Shown: positions 46,431 to 58,879 of the stretch, piece after piece
How positions within the stretch are numbered: the stretch's first letter is position 1
How the letters are laid out: each line of letters starts with the position of its first letter
DNA from: an uncultured bacterium
GTDB lineage: Bacteria > Krumholzibacteriota > Krumholzibacteriia > LZORAL124-64-63
Assembly (NCBI GenBank): GCA_963727525.1
Contig: CAVSGO010000007.1
Coordinates: 1,472,001 to 1,536,000 of the forward strand
Direction of reading: 5' to 3'
Length of the DNA: 64,000 nt
Position numbers and translations under genes: made by a program
The notes under the pieces: generated by a model
What the model saw: only the letters and a program-made list of their open reading frames with translations
The model's database searches: none
Told to the model about the DNA's origin: nothing

Positions 46431-47177
46431 TTATGAAGATACACCCACCGCTGTACGCAAGTATATGTCCGACTCAAGTTGGTTTAGCATGAAGCCAGCA
46501 ACATCCGCCCTGGAAATACTCGTTGTCATAAAGTAGCTGCCCACAGATGGGCCATGTCGCGGCCAGCCCTGCTTCCGCCCGTTGGTCAGTGCGCCAGGCC
46601 GCACGATAACCCACTCCACACTGCTGCGTGCAATTATCTGTTCTTGGCGCGTTTTGTCCCAAAAGTAGAATGCCAAAATTACTGGAATTACAAAAAACGT
46701 GTAGTACGCCCCCAAGCGCCCAGTACTATCCCCGATGCCGAGTGAGGTTTCACAGATGAGGCGCGGAACCTTGTGAGCCTCCATAGCGTGCAGGATATTG
46801 CGAGTGCCTTCTGAGAGTATTCGAGTGGGGCCAAAGAACCGCTTGTGACCGAGGGCTGACAATACCGCGTCCTGACCAGCCATTGCTGCTTCCAACGTGC
46901 CCACATCAAGCACATCACCTTGGACAACGGTCAATTGGGGATTGTCATCTTTGAGCCGTGACCGATCTCGGACAAGAGCTGTGACCTGAAGGCCACGATC
47001 CAACGCCTGCGAGACAAGCATTCGACCAGTTCCACCAGTCGCGCCTACAATTAGCACGCGTGAACAAGAGTTCACAGTGTTCTCATTGGCGAGTGGCACG
47101 TGCGAGCGATGGCCCGCTCGCGCTAACGCGACCGCCAGGAGAATCGCGTACCCGACGTAGCACAGCAAATAGACCAT
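46431..47177 (-). CDS. NAD(P)H-binding (flavin/biliverdin-reductase-B-like) oxidoreductase, cassette-borne
   Basis: VLIVGATGGTG, VTALVRD, GDVLD, WVIVRPG.L, ISRADVA; AT-richer; flanked by GTTATGC and TCATAAC. Confidence 0.9.
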   Translation of the reverse strand: MVYLLCYVGYAILLAVALARAGHRSHVPLANENTVNSCSRVLIVGATGGTGRMLVSQALDRGLQVTALVRDRSRLKDDNPQLTVVQGDVLDVGTLEAAMAGQDAVLSALGHKRFFGPTRILSEGTRNILHAMEAHKVPRLICETSLGIGDSTGRLGAYYTFFVIPVILAFYFWDKTRQEQIIARSSVEWVIVRPGALTNGRKQGWPRHGPSVGSYFMTTSISRADVAGFMLNQLESDIYLRTAVGVSS

Positions 47178-47195
47178 GTTTCTATCCCCTCATCC

Positions 47196-47294
47196 GCATA
47201 ACGTCACGTTGAGCAGCGGGCGGGCTTGGCGCGGCGCTTGCGCACGCAAGCGACGTGACAAGGCCGATCCGTCTGCTCCAACTACTCGTTAGAC
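47196..47294 (-). other. Integron attC recombination site (99 bp)
   Basis: Minus strand: R'' GTCTAAC, 5 nt, L'' GTTGGAGC ... L' GCTCAAC, 5 nt, R' GTTATGC; one extra base in L'', a second bulge at 47272, terminal stem CGCTTGCG/CGCAAGCG. Confidence 0.9.
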
Positions 47295-47316
47295 CCATTC
47301 TCGTCGATACCTAGCG

Positions 47317-47769
47317 CTACTGTGCGGGTACCAGGGCTTCAAGTTTCGACTCAATGTCGCGAAACGCCTGCACATATTGCGATCGAAGATTACTCATTTC
47401 AACTGGCCGGTCCGCCCAGGTCGCCGCCGTCTGTTGCTCTAAGATATACTGCAACGAAACGCGCGTTCCGCCGGGAACGACTCCGACCATCGCCGTCCAC
47501 TGTGCGCGAGTGGTGCCGCCGATTCCCTCCAACTTCTCGGGGAATACCCTCGTCTTGGTGTACACAGTGCCGCTTGCCGAATCTACTAGGGCAATTGTGA
47601 ATCCATAATCGACAAGCAGGGCTGTCACAGCCCCAATCGCCGCGGGGGCACTGCATGAAAACACACGAGAGCGCTCATTAAGCGGCAACTGATAGCTTGC
47701 GACATGGGCGCAACCGCCCACGCCAAGAGCAACCAACGCCGTGACCAAAGCAATCTTCCATCGGACCAA
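47317..47769 (-). CDS. Hypothetical lipoprotein, first cassette gene
   Basis: TTG start after GGGAGG; signal peptide ending VGGC; bounded by GTTAGAC (47808-47802) and the complementary R'' GTCTAAC. Confidence 0.75.
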   Translation of the reverse strand: MVRWKIALVTALVALGVGGCAHVASYQLPLNERSRVFSCSAPAAIGAVTALLVDYGFTIALVDSASGTVYTKTRVFPEKLEGIGGTTRAQWTAMVGVVPGGTRVSLQYILEQQTAATWADRPVEMSNLRSQYVQAFRDIESKLEALVPAQ

Positions 47770-47801
47770 TGTAGCCTCCCAAGTATCTTCGAACTTCGCA
47801 G

Positions 47802-47905
47802 GTCTAACAATTCAGTAGCTTGACCTGGTGTATCCGTTTCCACCTGACCTGGGATATCTGATATCCCGGGTCTTTGGTATCGGGGTGGCTTGGTCTGGGT
47901 ATCTG
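47802..47905 (-). other. Candidate attI-like site with four imperfect direct repeats
   Basis: Core GTTAGAC with no attC stem upstream; plus-strand repeats TGACCTGGTGTATC, TGACCTGGGATATC, GGTCTTTGGTATC, GGTCTGGGTATC at a ~23-nt period; palindrome GGGATATC-T-GATATCCC. Confidence 0.5.
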
Positions 47906-48123
47906 GATAGCGCCACTGACGACGCGAGCGCATGCAAGCGTGCCGCACGCTTGGTGGCGCGGCGCATACTTGGCGTGTTGATGTGGCGTGATGGTATTCC
48001 CCCCTGGCCCCGCCGCGGGTCCCCACCCGTGGCTTCGTTTCGGCTGGTTGGGTGCCGGGCCGGCCCTTTTTGGGGTCGGCCCGGCTGGGGTGGAACGCGC
48101 GTCCTTTCGGTTCCCCCGCTTCG

Positions 48124-51036
<2,913 letters not shown>

Positions 51037-51210
51037 GGGTCCAACGCTCCTTCGTCTATTTCGCCATCTTGCGTCTACGTTGCAATGACACCGGGCCCGT
51101 CGCGACGTTGCTCCTGCCGGGAGAGCCATCTCTCGCCGTGCCGCGACGGGTACCGCGGCCCTTCATGATCGATCGTCGGGAGCGGTCGCGGAACGAATCT
51201 TGAGATAAAT

Positions 51211-51258
51211 CCACAAGATATGGGGGCGAGTTCGCGCGGCCACCACACTCCCTAGGGG
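51211..51258. promoter_or_regulatory. Tandem NrdR boxes
   Basis: CCACAAGATATGGGGG (51211-51226) resembles the NrdR consensus acaCwAtATaTwGtg; a weaker copy CCACACTCCCTAGGGG lies 32 nt away; upstream of nrdJ. Confidence 0.65.
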
Positions 51259-51542
51259 GAGAAGGAGGAGAATATCTCGCACCACAGGCGGGTCGCCAAG
51301 GGGGAATTCCGCGCACCCCACCGCGCTGGCCCCTCACCCCTTCGCGTTCGAGGCCAAGCCAAGGAATTTGCACGGATTTCCCCCGCTGGCAGCCCCGAAA
51401 AAAATTTACGAGATCTTCACGCATCCCCGCGGCGCAACCCTCCGGGGACCGGCCGGAGCGAGGCGTCGTCCCCGAATCAAGAAAATAAGTTATTGTTACA
51501 GAACAGGTTAAGAGCGCAGGCGACGAGCCTCGAAATGCGGAC

Positions 51543-51962
51543 TCAGGCGTCGTCTCCCTCACCGGCCACGACCGCACTCACGATCTTCTCGATCGTGTCG
51601 CGGCCGGTGCGGAACGCAGCCCGCACCTCGTCGGGTGGGCCGGTGGCGCCCATGGGATCGGTCACGGGGTGCGCGAGGTGGCGCTGCCCGGGGCCCAGCG
51701 CGGGCAGGTAGCGGCCGGCCTCCTCACTGAGGGTGACCACGAGGTCGAAACCGCCCAGTTCCACCTCCTCGATCGTCTTGGAGTGCTGCCCCGCCATGTC
51801 GATCCCCACCTCGGCCATGACGGCGCGCGCGCGTCGGCTGACGGGGTAGGTGAGCAGGCCGGCGCTCGCCACGGTCCAGCCCTCCGGAAAGAGGCGGTGG
51901 GCCCAGGCCTCGGCCATCTGGCTGCGGCAGGCATTGGCGGTGCAGACGAAGAGGACGTTCAC
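51543..51962 (-). CDS. ArsC / low-molecular-weight protein tyrosine phosphatase family protein
   Basis: VLFVCTANACRSQMAE P-loop, SAG, DP motif. Confidence 0.9.
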   Translation of the reverse strand: MNVLFVCTANACRSQMAEAWAHRLFPEGWTVASAGLLTYPVSRRARAVMAEVGIDMAGQHSKTIEEVELGGFDLVVTLSEEAGRYLPALGPGQRHLAHPVTDPMGATGPPDEVRAAFRTGRDTIEKIVSAVVAGEGDDA

Positions 51963-52801
51963 GGTGCCTCACCCAGGACGGTCAGCATACCTTCGAGATC
52001 GCGGCAAACCTCGGCGGCCAGCGTCGGGACGTCCACCGCCGTGGCGCCGGCGTGCGCGATGGCGGCCGCCACCTCGTCATCGTCGACGAGATCGGCACCG
52101 GCCGGAAAGCCCGCGCGGTTCGCCAGCAGATTCGCGGCCGCCACCACCCGGACCACGGCCGGCGCGTCGGCGGCCGGCGCATGATGGTGGCCGATGGAAG
52201 CGGCGAGATCGACAGGGAAGCTCCAGGCCTCCGCCAGCGCGGCGCCGGCCATGGTATGGTCGAAGCCGAGGATGTGGAGCTCCGCGTTCAGCAGCTCGTG
52301 GGCGCGCGCGTGCGGCGGCACCACCTCGACCTGCCCCTGCAGCGGCTTGTCGAGCAGGAGCTTGCCGATGTCGTGCACGAGTCCGGCCGTGAAGGCGCGG
52401 TCGCGGTCCTGACGGCTACCGTCGGCGGCGAGCCGGGCGGCGGCGATGGCAGAGCTCAGGGAGTGGTGCCAGAGCTGGCGCCGCCGCAGGCGATACCCCG
52501 CCAGGGGCCCGCGCATGATCTCGCCCATGCTCGCGGCGAATGCGAGCGTGAGGACGGCGCGGTTGCCCAGCATGACGAGCGCCTCGCGCACCGTGCCTAC
52601 GTTGCGCCGCAGGCCGTAGTATGCGGAGTTGCTCAGCTTCAGCAGATTGGCGGTGAGGCTCGGATCCTTCTCGATGACCTCGAGCACGGCGTCGGCACCC
52701 ACATCGGGTTCGTCGAGCAGGTCGAGCAGGCGCACCGTCGTCGACGGCAGCGAAGCGAGTTCCGTGGTTGCGGTGATCAGCTCGGCGAGTGTGCGGGTCA
52801 C
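51959..52801 (-). CDS. HDOD-domain protein
   Basis: LASLP, DPSLTANLLKLSNSAYYG, WHHS, AGLVHDIGK, W.FP...HH. Confidence 0.92.
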   Translation of the reverse strand: MTRTLAELITATTELASLPSTTVRLLDLLDEPDVGADAVLEVIEKDPSLTANLLKLSNSAYYGLRRNVGTVREALVMLGNRAVLTLAFAASMGEIMRGPLAGYRLRRRQLWHHSLSSAIAAARLAADGSRQDRDRAFTAGLVHDIGKLLLDKPLQGQVEVVPPHARAHELLNAELHILGFDHTMAGAALAEAWSFPVDLAASIGHHHAPAADAPAVVRVVAAANLLANRAGFPAGADLVDDDEVAAAIAHAGATAVDVPTLAAEVCRDLEGMLTVLGEAP

Positions 52802-52984
52802 GTCTCCCTCCTTCTTGTCGTCGCCCCCCAAGGCGTCGTCGCATATAGAAACACAGGCCACTACGAACGTAAAGTCCAGGCGTCGGCGGCCGTCAGCTCG
52901 ACGTCCTTGCATCCCGAGCGATCTGCGGTACGATGGCCGCCGTGTTCGTGGCACCTGGCCCCGCGGCATGCAAGTCGAGGTCGC

Positions 52985-54370
52985 ATGCGCTCTCCCCGCG
53001 CCGCTCTGGCGGTCGTCAGCTTCAATCTGACCCTCGTGATGGCCGTGAACCTGGCGCGCACGAGCCTCGCCGAGCGCCCCTTCGCCGCCCCTTTCCCGTT
53101 GCCGGCCGCGTGGTGGCCACCAGTGGTGGCCGCGCTCGCCGCGGTGGCCGCCGTCGTCGTGGCGATGGCGGTGCGCGATGCCCGGGCGCACAGGCGTGGG
53201 ACATGGCTCCTCGACGTGCTGCTCGTACCGGGCGTGGCGGTGGCCTGGATCGCCGCGCGACCGGCCGCGACGGGTCCCGCGGCGACGGACGGCGTGGCGC
53301 TGGTGGTGGTCGGCGCCCTGGTACTCGTGATCGCCCGCCGCACGCCGCCGCGTCCGGACTCCCTTGCGTCCCGGCGCGGCCTCGCCGCGCTGACGGCCGG
53401 CCGCGCCTGGCGCGTCGCCCATGGGGTCGCGCTGGTCGTGCTGCTGGGAGCCGCCGTGGCCACCCACGCGCATCCCGACGGGAAGGCGTTGCTCGTATCG
53501 CTGGCGACGTATCCGTGGTACGCGCTGGTGCAGCTCGCGCTGGTGCTGGCCCTGCCGTGGTCGCGCCTGAGCGCGCTGGCGGGTCCGCGCGCCGCCGTCG
53601 TCACCTGCGTCGTACTCTTCGCGCTCATGCACTGGCCGAATCCGGCGCTCATGGGACTCACCGCGCTGGGCATGGCGCTGTGGGCGCTGGAATACCGGCG
53701 CGGGCGGCCGCTGTGGGCGCTGGCGTTGTCGATGAGCCTGCTGGCCACGATCTGGGCCCAGCTCCTGCCCCACGACTGGACACAGCACATGCGCGTGGGA
53801 TCGGGTTACACGCGCGTGCGCGCCGTGCCGGCAGTGACCGCTCGAGCCGCCACGCAGGCCACGACGGATGGTACGTCGACGGGCACCGGCTGGTCGACCC
53901 TTACCTTCGTGGCCGCGCTGTACCCGCCCGTGGTGGGCCGGCCGGCGACCGCCCCGGAACTGGATCGCTGGCTCGCCGTGATCCGCGCCGCCACCCACGG
54001 GACCCTGGCCTGGCGCTTCTTCATCAGCCGGGAGTACCGGATCAAGTTCGCCGGTCCGCGCGGCGAGGCGCCGCTCTCGCCCGACGTGCACTGGACCACC
54101 CTCGATCCGGCCTGGCGCGCGCGGATCCTGCGATTCGCGAGCCCCGCCTACGCCGACTCGACCGGGGGCACCTGGGACGGCTTCCTCGCGGGGCTCTACC
54201 GCGACATCCTGCACCGCCGTGCCTCGCCCCAGGAGATCGCCCGGTGGCCGCGCACGCCCCCGGTGCCGTTGCAACGGCAGGTGACCGTGACGCTCTTCGA
54301 GCGGAGGGACGCGCTGCGGTCGGCGCCCTTCGACACCCTCACCGCCGGGCAGCTCCTACGGCACGACTGA
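52985..54370 (+). CDS. CPBP/Abi-like membrane protein with C-terminal DUF4214-like repeats
   Basis: Multiple TMs, LFALMHWPNP; two repeats FVAALY..VVGR.A...EL..W and FLAGLYRDILHR.A...EI..W. Confidence 0.6.
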   Translation: MRSPRAALAVVSFNLTLVMAVNLARTSLAERPFAAPFPLPAAWWPPVVAALAAVAAVVVAMAVRDARAHRRGTWLLDVLLVPGVAVAWIAARPAATGPAATDGVALVVVGALVLVIARRTPPRPDSLASRRGLAALTAGRAWRVAHGVALVVLLGAAVATHAHPDGKALLVSLATYPWYALVQLALVLALPWSRLSALAGPRAAVVTCVVLFALMHWPNPALMGLTALGMALWALEYRRGRPLWALALSMSLLATIWAQLLPHDWTQHMRVGSGYTRVRAVPAVTARAATQATTDGTSTGTGWSTLTFVAALYPPVVGRPATAPELDRWLAVIRAATHGTLAWRFFISREYRIKFAGPRGEAPLSPDVHWTTLDPAWRARILRFASPAYADSTGGTWDGFLAGLYRDILHRRASPQEIARWPRTPPVPLQRQVTVTLFERRDALRSAPFDTLTAGQLLRHD

Positions 54371-55831
54371 CGACTTCGCGGGGAAATGGCGCTGGCTGAG
54401 GAACGTCCAGTCGCCGGCGCGCACCGCGACCGGGCCAACGTCAATCGTGCCCAGCGCGCGATCGCTGCCGTCGGTGAGCGCCAGGTGCAGGGTGTGCTCG
54501 CCCGCGGGCAGCACCATCCGCACCAGGTAGATCGCATGAGGCAGCGTGAGCCACTCGCGCGTGTCGGCCGTCTCGGTGGCCGCGCCGAAGAGGTTGGCCA
54601 GCACCCCGGCCACCTTGCCGGCCTTCTCGGCCTGGCGCGTGGTGAGGTACTTGGTGAGCGCACGCGCCGCGGTCTTGAGGAGAATCTTGCCAGACTCGGC
54701 GTCGAACGTGAGCCGCGCCAGCGCATCGAGATCCTGCGTCCGGTACCCGCGCGCGTGCCAGCCGGTATCGGCGGTCACGCGCACGCCGCCCACGCGCGGC
54801 GGATTGGGCGGCAGCGTGGGCACGGCGAAGGAGAGCCAGTAGGCGATCTTGGCCCTTCTCGGCACCACGTAGTGCGCGCCGTAGCGCGATGTCACCACCA
54901 TCGCGAGGCTGTTGACGTCGTCGTCCTTCTCGGACTCGAGGATCGGGACATCGGCCCGCACCTGCTCCTTGGCGGACACGAACCCGGTCTCCACGAAGAG
55001 CACCACCTGGCCGGTGCCGGACGGCCAGTCTCCGGTCGCCACCGCATCCGGCGAACCGCCATCCCGCGCCGTGTCGCCCGCGGCCGCGAAGACGGCGGGA
55101 TAGTTGCGCCGCGCCTCGGCGAGTTCACTACCGAAGCCGAGCCAGCGCGCCGTGCGCACGAGATCGCCGGCCAGCGACGGTGGGATCTGCAGACCGAGCC
55201 GTGCCGCGTTGTCCTGATAGGCGGCGGCCGCGTTGCGGTAGGCGATGAAGGCGTCGTTCACCTCGTCGTCCCACTCGTAGAGCATGCCGCTGAGGTGCAG
55301 GAGGAAGGCGTCGTTCTTCGTGCTCGCGAAGTCGTCGCGCTTTTCGTCGTCCAGCTCGTCGAGGGTGGCGTCCACGTACTTCGCCATCAGCAGGCTGGCC
55401 TTGCGGCCCTCCACGACGGCGTCGGTACGCTGGCCGAGGTCGACGTAGTTGAGCGCGCGGAAGTACGGGATCATCGCCAGCTCGTACGGGCGTGCGCGAT
55501 AGCTGATGTTGGTGTCGTTGGTCAGGAGCGACAGGGCGCCCTCGCTGATGCTCTTGGTATAGAGATCGTCGGCCGTGCGCTCGGCCGCCTCGAAGGCCTC
55601 GTTGCTCTCGGCCCAGCGGTCGGCGTAGTGCAGCACGGTACCTCGCTCGAGCCACGTGAGCAGGACGTCCTTGCCATCGTCGTGCTTGTCGAGGGCCTCG
55701 AGGGCGGCCTGGTAGTCGCCGCCGGCGAGCTGCGGGCGCAGCTCGCCCATCTGCGATGTGTACGTGGAACAGCCGGTGGTCAGGAGCCAGGTCCCGACCG
55801 CCAGCCAGGCGAGGATGCGCCGCATCGGCAT
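54356..55831 (-). CDS. COG3014-like TPR lipoprotein
   Basis: Lipobox TTGC; SNEAF..AE, Y.ARPYE, ADTREW.TLP; adjacent to lpoB. Confidence 0.8.
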   Translation of the reverse strand: MPMRRILAWLAVGTWLLTTGCSTYTSQMGELRPQLAGGDYQAALEALDKHDDGKDVLLTWLERGTVLHYADRWAESNEAFEAAERTADDLYTKSISEGALSLLTNDTNISYRARPYELAMIPYFRALNYVDLGQRTDAVVEGRKASLLMAKYVDATLDELDDEKRDDFASTKNDAFLLHLSGMLYEWDDEVNDAFIAYRNAAAAYQDNAARLGLQIPPSLAGDLVRTARWLGFGSELAEARRNYPAVFAAAGDTARDGGSPDAVATGDWPSGTGQVVLFVETGFVSAKEQVRADVPILESEKDDDVNSLAMVVTSRYGAHYVVPRRAKIAYWLSFAVPTLPPNPPRVGGVRVTADTGWHARGYRTQDLDALARLTFDAESGKILLKTAARALTKYLTTRQAEKAGKVAGVLANLFGAATETADTREWLTLPHAIYLVRMVLPAGEHTLHLALTDGSDRALGTIDVGPVAVRAGDWTFLSQRHFPAKSSVVP

Positions 55832-55853
55832 CGCAGGACTCCCGCGCCGTCGC

Positions 55854-56474
55854 CTAGCCCTTGTACCGCGACTTGCCGATGAATTTCTTGATCTTGCTGA
55901 AGCCCGACCAGACCTTCACGTTGGTCTCGAGATCGGCCAGGTAGCAGTCGACCTGGTAGTACTTCACTTCCTTGCCTCCCTCGCTGTCGACGATGGAGTT
56001 GATCTCACCGATCAGCATGTAGTCGGCGCCCAGCTCGCGACCCCATTTCTTGATCGTCTCGGGCGCCGCGTAATCCTGCTGGTCGGCACGCTCGTCGCGC
56101 AGTTGCTCCCGCTCCTCTGGCGACGCCACCACGGACACGCGGCCGTTATTGATGAAGGCCCGCTCGAGATCACCGTAGAGCGTCTTGGTGGGGATGTGGT
56201 CGGTGGTCTTGTTGCGGGGCTCGCCGAGGATGAGCACGGGCTTCTTGCCGACACGCTGGCTGAAGTCCGAGATCCAGCCGGCGGACGTGATCTGGTCGAC
56301 GAGGTCGTCGGCCACGATCCGGCTATCCACATCGTTCCAGCGACCGGACAGGTCGATCTGCTCCCCCACGTCGACCCTGGTCACCTGCTTGCCGCTGCTG
56401 CAACTGCCCAGCAGGGCGAGGGCGACCACGCCGAGGATGAGAGTCGCCAGCGTGAACATTCGAGATCTCGTCAT
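55854..56474 (-). CDS. lpoB: Penicillin-binding protein activator LpoB family lipoprotein
   Basis: Lipobox LGSC; DLSGRWNDVD, NKT.DHI, GADYML.G.I. Confidence 0.85.
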   Translation of the reverse strand: MTRSRMFTLATLILGVVALALLGSCSSGKQVTRVDVGEQIDLSGRWNDVDSRIVADDLVDQITSAGWISDFSQRVGKKPVLILGEPRNKTTDHIPTKTLYGDLERAFINNGRVSVVASPEEREQLRDERADQQDYAAPETIKKWGRELGADYMLIGEINSIVDSEGGKEVKYYQVDCYLADLETNVKVWSGFSKIKKFIGKSRYKG

Positions 56475-56617
56475 GAGCAAGGCCTCCTGTGATCCACAGG
56501 CTCCGCGGCCAGGCGCGCCCGGGCCGCCGTGCTGGTGAGGTGTTCGGGCCCATCCTCGCCGACGGGACCTGAACGATCAAGGTCTAAAGAGCCGGTCGGG
56601 GGCGCAACCGTGAGCGC

Positions 56618-57004
56618 TCAGGTGTCGCCCTCGGGCAGCGCCGGGCGCACGACGAGCACCGTCTCGCGGCGAATCGTCACCGTGCCGGTGGGAGCGCCGC
56701 GCGGCTTGGAGACGAAGCGGGCGCGGGTGCACGACACACCCACCTGCCGCGCCTCCCGTTTCTTGCTGTGCCAGGCGGCGATGGCGGCCGCGGCCTTGAG
56801 CGTGTCGCGGTCGGGTTCCTCGGGCCCCGGCACCTGCAGCACCACGTGGCTGCCCGGCAGGCCCCGCACGTGAAACCAGAAGTCGTTGCCGCGGGCCATC
56901 TTGAGGCTGAGGTACTCGTTGTCGCGGTCGGTGCGGCCAGCCAGCACGACCCAGCCGCCGGGCAGGGTGTACTCATGGTACTGGTTGCCGCGTGCCGCGT
57001 CCAA
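56618..57004 (-). CDS. NFACT-R (DUF814) RNA-binding domain protein
   Basis: GRTDRDNEYL, DFWFHVRGLPGSHVVL, AAAIAAWHSK, V.KPRGAP.G.V. Confidence 0.9.
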   Translation of the reverse strand: MDAARGNQYHEYTLPGGWVVLAGRTDRDNEYLSLKMARGNDFWFHVRGLPGSHVVLQVPGPEEPDRDTLKAAAAIAAWHSKKREARQVGVSCTRARFVSKPRGAPTGTVTIRRETVLVVRPALPEGDT

Positions 57005-57191
57005 GGGGGTCCTTTCGGGCTCGATTTTCGTCGAATGAGCTTGGAACTCTCACGCGAGCGGGTTGTATAGTGCGCGTTTCGCGCCTCGCCCGTCCCGCCG
57101 GATTTCGCCGCGTCGCCTCGCTGCGCGGTTTCCAGCGCGCGGGTATGCAGTGTCATTTTTTTATCACCGTCCTGCAAGGAGAGCTTCGCCG

Positions 57192-58154
57192 ATGATCGAA
57201 GTCCGCGACGTCACGAAGCGCTTCGGGACGACGGTCGCGCTGAGCAAGGTGTCGTTCGAGGTTGCCCGCGGCAAGATCCTGGGATTCCTCGGCCCCAACG
57301 GCGCCGGCAAGAGCACGACCATGAAGATCATCACCACCTTCCTAGCCGCTGACGCGGGTTCGGTGAAGGTGGACGGGATCGACGTCCTGGAGCAGCCCCT
57401 GTCCGTGCGGCACAAGATCGGCTACATGCCCGAGAATGTGCCCCTCTACCATGACATGACCGTCGACGAGTACCTGCGCTTCGTCGGCCGCGCCCGCGGC
57501 CTCGACGGGGCTCGGCTGCGCGATCGGCTCGACTGGTGCACCGAGGCCTGCGGTCTCAAGACGGAGTTCAAGCGCAAGATCCAGGAGCTGTCGAAGGGTT
57601 ACCGGCAGCGTACCGGCCTGGCGCAAGCCCTGATCCACGATCCGGACATCCTGATCCTCGACGAGCCCACGAGCGGACTCGACCCCCTGCAGATCATCGG
57701 GATCCGCGATCTGATCAAGAGCCTCGCCGGACACAAGACGATCATCTTCTCCACCCACATCCTGCAGGAGGTGGGGCCGGTCACCGATCGGGTGGTGATC
57801 ATCAACCAGGGCACGGTGGTCGCCGACGGGCGCATCTCCGAGCTGACCGAACGCGCCATGGGTACCAACCGCATCTACCTCGGGGTGCGCGGCGCGGCCG
57901 CCGACGTGCAGCCGGCGCTGGTGGGCCTGCCCTACGTCACCGACCTGCGTCCCCTGCCCGACGCGGCTCCCGGCACCTGCCGCTTCGAGCTGCGCGGCGC
58001 CTTCGCGGACGACCTGGTGGGCGTGGTCACCCGCACGGTGACCGAACGCGGCTGGTCCCTGCTCGAGCTCCACGAATCGCGATACTCGCTCGAGGACACG
58101 TTCATCGCGCTGACGCGGCAATCGTCGGCGCGGCCCCAGCAGGAGGTGGCGTGA
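57192..58154 (+). CDS. ABC transporter ATP-binding protein (GldA-like)
   Basis: GPNGAGKST, LSKGYRQR, LILDEPT, STH. Confidence 0.95.
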   Translation: MIEVRDVTKRFGTTVALSKVSFEVARGKILGFLGPNGAGKSTTMKIITTFLAADAGSVKVDGIDVLEQPLSVRHKIGYMPENVPLYHDMTVDEYLRFVGRARGLDGARLRDRLDWCTEACGLKTEFKRKIQELSKGYRQRTGLAQALIHDPDILILDEPTSGLDPLQIIGIRDLIKSLAGHKTIIFSTHILQEVGPVTDRVVIINQGTVVADGRISELTERAMGTNRIYLGVRGAAADVQPALVGLPYVTDLRPLPDAAPGTCRFELRGAFADDLVGVVTRTVTERGWSLLELHESRYSLEDTFIALTRQSSARPQQEVA

Positions 58155-58879
58155 TGCGCAACGTCGGCGTCGTCTTCGGACGCGAGTTCGCCAGCTACTT
58201 CAACAGCCCGATCGCCTACATCTTCATCATCGTGTTCCTGCTCTTCAACTGCGGCCTCTACATGCTGGGATTCTTTCTCGGCGGCCAGGCCGACATGCGC
58301 GCGTTCTTCGGCAGCCTGCCGCTGATGCTGTGCATCTTCATCCCGGCCGTGAGCATGCGGCTGTGGGCGGAAGATCACCGGCGCGGCACCTTCGAGCTGC
58401 TGATGACGCTGCCGATGAAGGCCAGCGAGGTGATGCTGGGCAAGTACCTGGCCGCACTCGCCTTCTTCCTGGTGGCGCTGGCGGCCACCTTCCCCATCCC
58501 CATCATGCTGAACGCCCTGGCCAACCCGGACAACGGCACCATCGTGGCCGGCTACCTGGGCTCGCTCCTGCTCGGTGCGCTGTACCTGAGTGTGGGCATC
58601 TTCACCAGCGGCCTGATGCGTGACCAGATCTCCGCCTTCATCCTGGGCGTGATGGCCTGCCTGGCCATGTTCTTCCTGGGCAACGCGGCCGTTGCGTCGG
58701 TCTTCGACGGCTGGCTGCCCGGCTTCGGCAGCATGTTGCAGCGTTTCCTGGGCCTGATGTCGCACTTCGAGCCCATGCTGCGCGGGGTGATCTCGCTCGG
58801 AGATGTCGTCTACTTCCTGGCCCTGTCGTCCCTCTTCCTGGCGCTCAACTCCCTCTGGCTGGAAGGGAGGAAGTACTGA
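58154..58879 (+). CDS. ABC-2 permease (GldF-like)
   Basis: RE..SYF.SPIAYI, IPAVSMRLWAED...GT.ELL.TLP, GKYLA. Confidence 0.93.
   Translation: MRNVGVVFGREFASYFNSPIAYIFIIVFLLFNCGLYMLGFFLGGQADMRAFFGSLPLMLCIFIPAVSMRLWAEDHRRGTFELLMTLPMKASEVMLGKYLAALAFFLVALAATFPIPIMLNALANPDNGTIVAGYLGSLLLGALYLSVGIFTSGLMRDQISAFILGVMACLAMFFLGNAAVASVFDGWLPGFGSMLQRFLGLMSHFEPMLRGVISLGDVVYFLALSSLFLALNSLWLEGRKY

Noticed and set aside
48050-48090. Intrinsic terminator after nrdJ
   Set aside because: A GC hairpin is present but there is no U-tract on the minus strand; several alternative hairpins, so not called
51040-51540. Cobalamin riboswitch upstream of nrdJ
   Set aside because: No recognisable B12-box or conserved core by eye; NrdR boxes explain the conserved-looking sequence
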